This document shows positions 57,657 to 64,000 of a DNA stretch of 64,000 bases, piece by piece. The stretch is from the NCBI GenBank assembly GCA_965215265.1, contig OZ244048.1, positions 2,944,001 to 3,008,000 on the forward strand. The letters run 5' to 3'. The notes below the pieces were generated by a model, which saw nothing but the letters and a program-made list of their open reading frames with translations, had not been told where the DNA came from and made no database searches. Made by a program: the position numbers and the translations under genes. Position 1 is the stretch's first letter, and each line of letters starts with the position of its first letter. This DNA is from Candidatus Poribacteria bacterium. Its GTDB lineage: Bacteria; Poribacteria; WGA-4E; WGA-3G.

Positions 57657-58469
57657 TTAGGTGACATCGCTAGATTCCTTCTTTTCTTTTAGTTTAGCGA
57701 GTGCTTCCTGCTCTTCAGTCTGCCATGGACGATACGCCGGCTTCTCTAGTTTTTGCGGAGGTCCTCCAAAGACCAGGATATAGGCTCTACGTACCTGTGC
57801 CGTGCTATTCGGTGCCGAATAGTGCAAGGTCCGACAGTGGTGGAAAGTTGCGCCGCCTGCAGGAATTGGACAAGCGACTGCTTCCTCCGTATCAACATCA
57901 TCCGTGACCAAGCCGTGGACGAGCGGGTCGTTGTTAATATGTCGGTGCCACCGCACTTCGGCTTTATGAGACTTAGGTATGAATTGTAAACAGCCGCTTT
58001 CGACTGTTGCGGTATCAAGTGGCAGCCACACGCTGAGGCTATTCGGCAAAATTTCAGGATTCCAGTATGCTTCGTCTTGGTGCCATGGGGTTTCGTTGCC
58101 GTAGTGTGCCGGTTTCAAAATCATGTGCCCGCCGCCGTTTACGGAAGCGAATTCCACACCGAGCAGTTTTGCGGCAAGTCTGCGTGCATTTCGGAAGTAG
58201 ACTGTCTCTCGAAGCGCCGGAAATTGTGCCTCAGGTCCGAGTACTTGTGGCAGCGTTTCGCGTCCGTCGTGTGCACGCGGACCGGCTAAATCAAAATAGC
58301 GTCCCTCTGCCTCTCCGGTGCGTTCTATGAATAGCTCGTCGTAAATACCTTTTAGCCATTCTATCTCTTCATCTGTTGTGATGCGAGGAATGCTGAGGTA
58401 CCCATTCTCCTGAAAAAAGGCGATTTGTTGCTCTGTCACGTCAACGTGAAAGTTATTATTGGATTGCAT
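57657..58469 (-). CDS. phytanoyl-CoA dioxygenase (PhyH) family
   Basis: WHQDEAYW, GCL.FIP.SH, H...PN....RR. Confidence 0.92.
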   Translation of the reverse strand: MQSNNNFHVDVTEQQIAFFQENGYLSIPRITTDEEIEWLKGIYDELFIERTGEAEGRYFDLAGPRAHDGRETLPQVLGPEAQFPALRETVYFRNARRLAAKLLGVEFASVNGGGHMILKPAHYGNETPWHQDEAYWNPEILPNSLSVWLPLDTATVESGCLQFIPKSHKAEVRWHRHINNDPLVHGLVTDDVDTEEAVACPIPAGGATFHHCRTLHYSAPNSTAQVRRAYILVFGGPPQKLEKPAYRPWQTEEQEALAKLKEKKESSDVT

Positions 58470-58548
58470 CTGTCTCTTCTCTTGCCAGCAGTGATGCGAC
58501 GTTGGCTTCCTCTGCGAGGAAGAAATAGGTCATGGCAGCGTTGTGCTC

Positions 58549-58801
58549 TTTTTCGTATCTCTCCGTACCATCGCCGTTTCTGTTATGCTAACTCGTGTGT
58601 AAATCTCGTCGGAGCCGCACTAGGTTATGATTCCTCTTTTTCGTATCTCTCCGTACCATCGCCGTTTCTGTTATGCTAACTCGTGTGTAAATCTCGTCGG
58701 AGCCGCACTAGGTTATGATTCCTCTTTTTTGTATCTCTCCGTACCATCGCCGTTTCTGTTATGAGTGCTCGTGTGTAAATCTCGTCGGAGCCGCACTAGG
58801 T
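58549..58801 (+). repeat. tandem array of ~3 x 88-bp PR1 units
   Basis: 88-bp period at 58554, 58642, 58730. Confidence 0.92.
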
Positions 58802-58853
58802 ATTGTCAATAAGTCACCTTTCAGTTCTGTCCATTTCTAATCTCCAATACGTT

Positions 58854-60671
58854 TTACCGAATTAAAACGTCAAAAGGTAACATTGTCACAACCTGTTCGT
58901 TTTTAAAGAGATTGAGCATAAGGGCTATCTGATGCCACTGCACTCCTAAGGCAGGTAATGGAAGAAGCTGGTGAGGTGTTACCTGTAACGGAACCGTGAT
59001 TTGGATTTCCGTGTTTTCTACCATGCTCTCAAAAAGTTGTTCGAAAAAGGTTTTCTGCTTGGGCAGTACAATGATATTGAGTTTATCTTCCTCAGAAAAA
59101 CCGGCCTGTTTCTTAGCAATCGCGAGGGCTGTTTCCAGCCCTCCGAGTTCATCAACAAGCCCTAACTCTTTCGCTTGTTTCCCTGTCCAGACTCTCCCTT
59201 GTGCGATTGCGTCAAGTTCAGCATACGGTTTTTTTCGTCCGTTAGCGGCTTTTCGGACGAAGTCTTGATAAACCGTCTGCATCAGTTTTTCAACACGCTC
59301 CCGTTCCGTAGGTGTAAACCCTCCATAATCGGAGTAAAGTGTGGCGCTTTTGCCCAACGTGATAATCTCCTTTGTTAAACCCACCTTATTATAGAGTCCT
59401 TTGAGATTGAGTTTTCCGCCGAAAACACCAATAGAACCGGTGAGGGTTCCGGGCTGTGCAACGATTGTGCCTGCTGCCATAGCAATATAGTACCCTCCGG
59501 ATGCGGCGACATCGGACATTGAAACAACAACGGGTTTTTCGTTTTGTGTTTGAAACACCTCGCGCCAGATAAGATCAGAAGCACGAGCTGAGCCGCCGGG
59601 GCTATCCACGCGGAGGACAACTGCGTGCACGGTTTCGTCTGTACGTGCTTTTTCAAACGCCTTTTTCAGAGTTCGTGGGGTAATAACGGCCGCTGTTGAA
59701 AAAAAATCGTCGGCCCCTGTCATAATTGGACCGCTGGCATAGATGAGCGCGAGCTGCTGCTCTGGCTTTTGCGCCTGTGCCCGTTGAGGCGGACTCAACA
59801 TGGCGAAGAGTTGCATCAGTCCAGCGAAGCTATTCATATTCGGCATCTTTCGCTTATTGCTGCCCGGCTTAACGATCTCAATCTCTTCATCCGAGTCTGT
59901 TTTGATGGACTCAAGCAGTTCATCGTAGTATTGCAATCCATCAACGAGTTTCGCGTCGTATGCCTCTTTTGCGGTGAAGGGACCCTGATCGATTAGAGAG
60001 GCGACTGCCTCCATACTGATTTCGTTGCGCCCATCAGCAATCATAGAGCGGAACTCTTCATAAAATTCATCGAGAATTCCTGTCATCGATTCACGGAATT
60101 CTTCTGACATGCTGTCACGTGTATAAGGTTCGATCCCGGATTTGTATTTGCCCATGGCGAGCATCTCGGCTTGGATGTCTACTTTCTCCAATAATCCTTT
60201 GAAAAAAAGGACTTCAGCACGTAGTCCGATGAGATTGAGGCTTCCGGTCGGCATGAGAATAATGCTATCCATTGCACAAGCCAGGGCATATTCTGCATTC
60301 CCGCCGCCCTCGAGGTAACTAATTGTCTTTTTACCGGTAGCGCGAAATTCGCTCACTTTGTCTTGGATTTCTTGGAGTTTCGCCCACCCTACGCCAAGGG
60401 ACTTAATTTTGAAGATAACGCCTATCACTTCATCATCGTTTTTGAGAGCCTCTAATTTTTTGAAAAGGCTACGGAGCGTGTTGGAGCTTGAGGTTCCAAA
60501 AGCACTACTCGTTTTGACTTCAGGGAAAGCTCCGTCAATTGTGAATTCCACATATTTTTTTGGGGGTGATGCTGTCGCTGCTTGGTGTTCCTCTGCGAAT
60601 GCAGGCAATTCCACAGTGAATAATACAAGCAGCACTATCGCTGCGTACCAGAATATTCGTAACGGTTTCAT
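58854..60671 (-). CDS. sppA: signal peptide peptidase SppA (67K type)
   Basis: GKYKS, RVDSPGG, AASGGY, TGSIGV, GRVWTG, GLVD.LG. Confidence 0.95.
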   Translation of the reverse strand: MKPLRIFWYAAIVLLVLFTVELPAFAEEHQAATASPPKKYVEFTIDGAFPEVKTSSAFGTSSSNTLRSLFKKLEALKNDDEVIGVIFKIKSLGVGWAKLQEIQDKVSEFRATGKKTISYLEGGGNAEYALACAMDSIILMPTGSLNLIGLRAEVLFFKGLLEKVDIQAEMLAMGKYKSGIEPYTRDSMSEEFRESMTGILDEFYEEFRSMIADGRNEISMEAVASLIDQGPFTAKEAYDAKLVDGLQYYDELLESIKTDSDEEIEIVKPGSNKRKMPNMNSFAGLMQLFAMLSPPQRAQAQKPEQQLALIYASGPIMTGADDFFSTAAVITPRTLKKAFEKARTDETVHAVVLRVDSPGGSARASDLIWREVFQTQNEKPVVVSMSDVAASGGYYIAMAAGTIVAQPGTLTGSIGVFGGKLNLKGLYNKVGLTKEIITLGKSATLYSDYGGFTPTERERVEKLMQTVYQDFVRKAANGRKKPYAELDAIAQGRVWTGKQAKELGLVDELGGLETALAIAKKQAGFSEEDKLNIIVLPKQKTFFEQLFESMVENTEIQITVPLQVTPHQLLPLPALGVQWHQIALMLNLFKNEQVVTMLPFDVLIR

Positions 60672-60944
60672 CTATTTCTCCCTCTATTTTATGTCCATTT
60701 TGATACGGCTATTTTACAATAAAATCTATCTCAAGTCAAATCATTTTTTTTCGTTAACTCACGGTTATCTTAATGCTAAGTCGTGTTGTGCTGAATTTGC
60801 GCGAGCCGAAATTTCCAGATTTTCGCTTGACAGATTTTTCAAATTGCCTTAAAATCGGATATTATAAACTTTCAAAATGGCGAAAATGTCACTGGCGAGA
60901 TAGGCAGCAGATACGCTAAGTCTGCCTTATCGCTTGAAGAGGTA

Positions 60945-61008
60945 TTTGTATATCTCCGTACCATCAACGTCTATGTTTTGATGATTCGTGTGTAAATCTC
61001 GTCGGAGG
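60945..61008 (+). repeat. PR1 copy
   Basis: TTTGTATATCTCCGTACCATCAACG...GTAAATCTCGTCGGAG. Confidence 0.85.
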
Positions 61009-61126
61009 TGCCTGATGTTTAGATTCAATAAAATGGAGAGACGGGAAGTTCGGCAAGGCCCTTGAATTTAACGGGAATGATGTCTATGTTCAAGTCGAGG
61101 CAAACGACAGCATTATCCTTGAAGAA

Positions 61127-61268
61127 TTTTTGTATATCTCCGTACCATCAACGTCTATGTTTTGATGATTCGTGTGTAAATCTCGTCAGAGCCTCACTAT
61201 GCTATGATTCCTCAATCACTTTTCTCGCAAGTTCCTCAATCTCGATAGGATGCCCGCCTTGCTCCCGA
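61127..61268 (+). repeat. PR1 plus coding-fragment direct repeat, copy 1 (partner 62494-62636)
   Basis: Similarity extends ~55 bp beyond the PR1 end. Confidence 0.85.
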
Positions 61269-61309
61269 AAAGCATATCGTTCCACTTGCTTTGCCTCCGC
61301 CAACCTCAT
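61202..61309 (-). CDS. 35-aa ORF or gene remnant (MRLAEAKQVERYAFREQGGHPIEIEELARKVIEES)
   Basis: TGATG overlap with the murB stop; paralogous C-terminus at 62570-62660. Confidence 0.35.
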   Translation of the reverse strand: MRLAEAKQVERYAFREQGGHPIEIEELARKVIEES

Positions 61310-62214
61310 CAAAACCCGAGACGTTTGACCTCAGTTTGAAGGGATACGCCGGTTTTTTCGTGCACGTGCTTTTGAATGTGCGTCACCAAATTCAACACAT
61401 CTTCCGCCGTTGCATTGTCCAGGTTAAGGATAAAATTCCCGTGGACTGTTGACACCTCTGCTCCGCCGATGCGGTGCCCCTTCAATCCACATGCCTCAAT
61501 GAGTCTACCTGCTGAGTCACCGGGGGGATTTTTGAACATGCACCCGGCGTTCTCTTCGGCGAACGGTTGCGTTGCTACCTTCTGCTTGTAGAACTGCTGC
61601 ATCCGTTCTGTTATCATTTCGCCATCTCCCGGTATCAGCGAGAGCGTTGCGCCTACGACACAGAAATAGTCACCCAACGCACTGTGTCGGTATTGGAACC
61701 CGGCTTCGGCGGGAGTGAGTTCGACGAGACGACCGGTGGAGTCCATCACGGTGACATTCGTCACGACATCGCCGAAGCTGCTTCCCCAGGCACCGGCGTT
61801 CATAATCAGCGCGCCACCCACAGAACCGGGGATGCCGAGTGCGAATTCCACGCCGCTCAAGCCGCAACGGGACATCGCTTTTGAGAGCCGCGGCAGCGAA
61901 AGCCCAGCACCGACAGAGACTTTGCTAACGTCAACCTCTAACGCTGCTAATTCACCGATTAACCTGATACAAATGCCCCGGAATCCGGCATCGCTCACAA
62001 GTAGATTTGAACCGCGCCCGATAACTGCAACGGGAACGTCCCACTGCCGGTGCAACTCCGCTAACGCTGCTAATTCTGCTATCGTACTCACTTCAAAGTA
62101 TGCGTCCGCTTCACCACCGATGCCGAAGTAAGTGTGCTTTGACAATGGCTCTCCAAAACGGAGCCTTGAGTTTGGGTGACGGGAGATACCGGAGAGTGCC
62201 GCTTTCCACGCCAT
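61309..62214 (-). CDS. murB: UDP-N-acetylmuramate dehydrogenase
   Basis: HTYFGIGG, G.GSNLL, GIPGSVGGA..MNAGA, AGCMFKNP, HGNF, EV. Confidence 0.96.
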   Translation of the reverse strand: MAWKAALSGISRHPNSRLRFGEPLSKHTYFGIGGEADAYFEVSTIAELAALAELHRQWDVPVAVIGRGSNLLVSDAGFRGICIRLIGELAALEVDVSKVSVGAGLSLPRLSKAMSRCGLSGVEFALGIPGSVGGALIMNAGAWGSSFGDVVTNVTVMDSTGRLVELTPAEAGFQYRHSALGDYFCVVGATLSLIPGDGEMITERMQQFYKQKVATQPFAEENAGCMFKNPPGDSAGRLIEACGLKGHRIGGAEVSTVHGNFILNLDNATAEDVLNLVTHIQKHVHEKTGVSLQTEVKRLGF

Positions 62215-62241
62215 GTTTGTATATCCCTCCTTTTTTGAGGT

Positions 62242-62270
62242 ATTATAGCACATACACCGCAGCCTGTCAA
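62242..62270 (-). promoter_or_regulatory. consensus sigma70 promoter of murB
   Basis: TTGACA-N17-TATAAT; AAGGAGG RBS downstream. Confidence 0.8.
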
Positions 62271-62405
62271 CTTTGGACAACTGAAAAATAGGGCTGTTTA
62301 GTTATCCGTTAAGAACGAGTTCTGAATCGCAATATGGTGCTGGCCCGAACGCCAAAAAAATAGCAAAAATCGAAGAGCTGCTTTTCCGAGCTGCTGCTGT
62401 CGAAG

Positions 62406-62636
62406 TTTTTTGTATCTCTCCGTACCATCAACGTCTATGTTTTGATGGCTCGTGTGTAAATCTCGTCGGAGCCTCACTATGCTATGATTCCTCTTTTTCG
62501 TATCTCTCCGTACCATCAACGTCTATGTTTTGATGGCTCGTGTGTAAATCTCGTCAGAGCCTCACTATGCTATGATTCCTCAATCACTTTTCGTGCGAGC
62601 TCCTCAATCTCCGCTGGATCCCCGCCTTGCTCCCGG
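62406..62636 (+). repeat. 2 x 88-bp PR1 tandem plus coding-fragment repeat copy 2
   Basis: 88-bp period at 62412 and 62500. Confidence 0.88.
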
Positions 62637-62883
62637 ACTGTTTTCTCCCAATCCACACTGATTTTATGTGCCGCTGGCGGGGCCCAGAATAGAGAAAAAA
62701 CGAACCTTTTCTTAAAAGAATTGACTAATGAAACAAAACTGATTTTTAGTTTGGTTATATCCTCCTTCTTGATTGTTAATTAAGAACGGAAATTGTATAA
62801 ATCCCTTTAGCGATATGGGCATAGGCGCTCGCATAATGAGCAGGCTCTATCGCTTCGGGAAAGAAAAAAAAAGGAGAAAAGAA

Positions 62884-63387
62884 ATGAAGCAGAAATGGTT
62901 CGTACTCAGCGCAATCGGTGCAATTGCACTAATCAGTGTTTTTGTTTTTGATCATGTAACGTCAGCACAGCGGCCGGAACGTTCTGGCGGCGGGGAACGT
63001 GCTAATCGCGGCGAAGGGAGACGTGGCGGCATGGGCATGATGGGAACGATGAACCCTGTCTCCATTGTTGAGAACTCTTGGATTGACTTAACGTTTGGCG
63101 TGAAGGTGAACGACGAAACGCTCGTGAAAGCCCGGCCTATCTATCAGGAAATCCGCGACGAAGTAGAAATGGAGATGCAAACGCTACGGGCATCCAGAGA
63201 TCGACAACAGATGATGAACGAGATGAAAGCACTTGTCGGGAAAGTGGGTAAAGAATTCCAAGCATCTCTTAAGGAGATCTTGAGCGAAGCAGAAATGAAG
63301 CAGCTCAATGAATTGACAAAGAAACGCATAGCTGCGAATGAAGAACGTGGGAATAGGTTCCGCGGCGGCGGCAATCGAGGGCGGTAA
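62884..63387 (+). CDS. secreted helical hypothetical protein with Gly/Arg-rich ends
   Basis: AAGGAG RBS; signal peptide; L.EILS..EM..L pattern. Confidence 0.75.
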   Translation: MKQKWFVLSAIGAIALISVFVFDHVTSAQRPERSGGGERANRGEGRRGGMGMMGTMNPVSIVENSWIDLTFGVKVNDETLVKARPIYQEIRDEVEMEMQTLRASRDRQQMMNEMKALVGKVGKEFQASLKEILSEAEMKQLNELTKKRIAANEERGNRFRGGGNRGR

Positions 63388-63419
63388 CAGTCGCTAGGAT
63401 TGCACCAATGCTTAATCCG

Positions 63420-63450
63420 GGTCGGGCGTATTTCGCCCGACCTTTTTTTT
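63420..63450 (+). terminator. Rho-independent terminator
   Basis: GGTCGGGCG-TATTT-CGCCCGACC followed by T8. Confidence 0.85.
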
Positions 63451-63465
63451 GTTGCTCGCAAAAAA

Positions 63466-64000
63466 TTAGCGATCGTGATTGAGTTCTTCGACCCAACGAA
63501 GCATCAATTGCTGGTTTTCTAGGTCATTCCGTTGCAAAAACAGGTCTGCGAGACGTTCGCCGGTTTCTGCGAGCAGTGCAGATAAGTGAGCGGCTTGAGT
63601 TTTCAGTGCTTCTTGGTACTTTGCGATGGCAGCGTTATGTTGTTTTCGGTACATCAGGCAGATAGCCAGCGTGCATCGGACACGGACCAGTTCGGCTGAC
63701 TTGCGTTTATTAGAGCGCCTGCGCGCGAGCTGCGATTCAAGTGCCAGCAGGTTTCTGTAGGCAGGCATATTAAGCCGGTCTTGCTGAAGCACGACTTCAA
63801 AACCTGCGAGTGCTTTCACATGTTCGCCCTGCAAGAGATAGAGATACGCTAGCGTGTTGTTAATCTGTATGTCCCTTTTTCCGGGAGGAATCGCCTCAAA
63901 CTCAGCCAGTGCCTCCCCATAGTTTCGCTGCTGCATCAACTCATTCCCACGCCGGATTTGCAGGTTAATCTGTTCTTGCTTAGCTTGTTCATTGTCGGGC
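63466..64000 (-). CDS. TPR-repeat protein, C-terminal part (runs off the window)
   Basis: NNTLAYLYLLQG....A, AY.NL, LA.......A...Y..AL. Confidence 0.7.
   Translation of the reverse strand, partial: PDNEQAKQEQINLQIRRGNELMQQRNYGEALAEFEAIPPGKRDIQINNTLAYLYLLQGEHVKALAGFEVVLQQDRLNMPAYRNLLALESQLARRRSNKRKSAELVRVRCTLAICLMYRKQHNAAIAKYQEALKTQAAHLSALLAETGERLADLFLQRNDLENQQLMLRWVEELNHDR

Noticed and set aside
58549-58801. Possible CRISPR array
   Set aside because: 88-bp near-identical units; the variable middle is homologous between copies

Overview
Bacterial chromosomal window of moderate GC. It is most likely Candidatus Poribacteria; this is inferred from the WD40-dockerin-'NYPNPFNPETW' protein architecture and the two PhyH dioxygenases. 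The backbone holds housekeeping and metabolic genes (MoxR/MocA, nucleoside hydrolase, M32 carboxypeptidase, OGG1-like glycosylase, tRNA-Leu(GAG), FAD/Fe-S oxidase, TatD, GH127 cluster, SppA, MurB), interspersed with accessory DNA. Main points: (1) An ~11 kb minus-strand cluster (4147-15464) encodes a Cys-rich precursor with both a Sec-type signal peptide and a double-glycine-type leader. Next to it are a stand-alone secreted C39 peptidase-DUF1573 protein, a peptidase-less ABC exporter, a MacB permease, a tetraheme cytochrome and a GspC-like protein; together a candidate extracytoplasmic peptide maturation system. (2) Three poly-C tracts are each one base short of read-through; two lie in related 46-codon leader ORFs behind perfect sigma70 promoters. 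(3) A type III R-M locus has two tandem mod genes that are near-identical except for their target-recognition regions. (4) Two Rpn nucleases each have an internal RBS/start for a putative RpnS antitoxin. (5) A dispersed repeat family (>20 copies, tandem arrays, a nested hairpin) brackets genes and supplies stop codons. All calls are from reading the sequence; no database searches were run.
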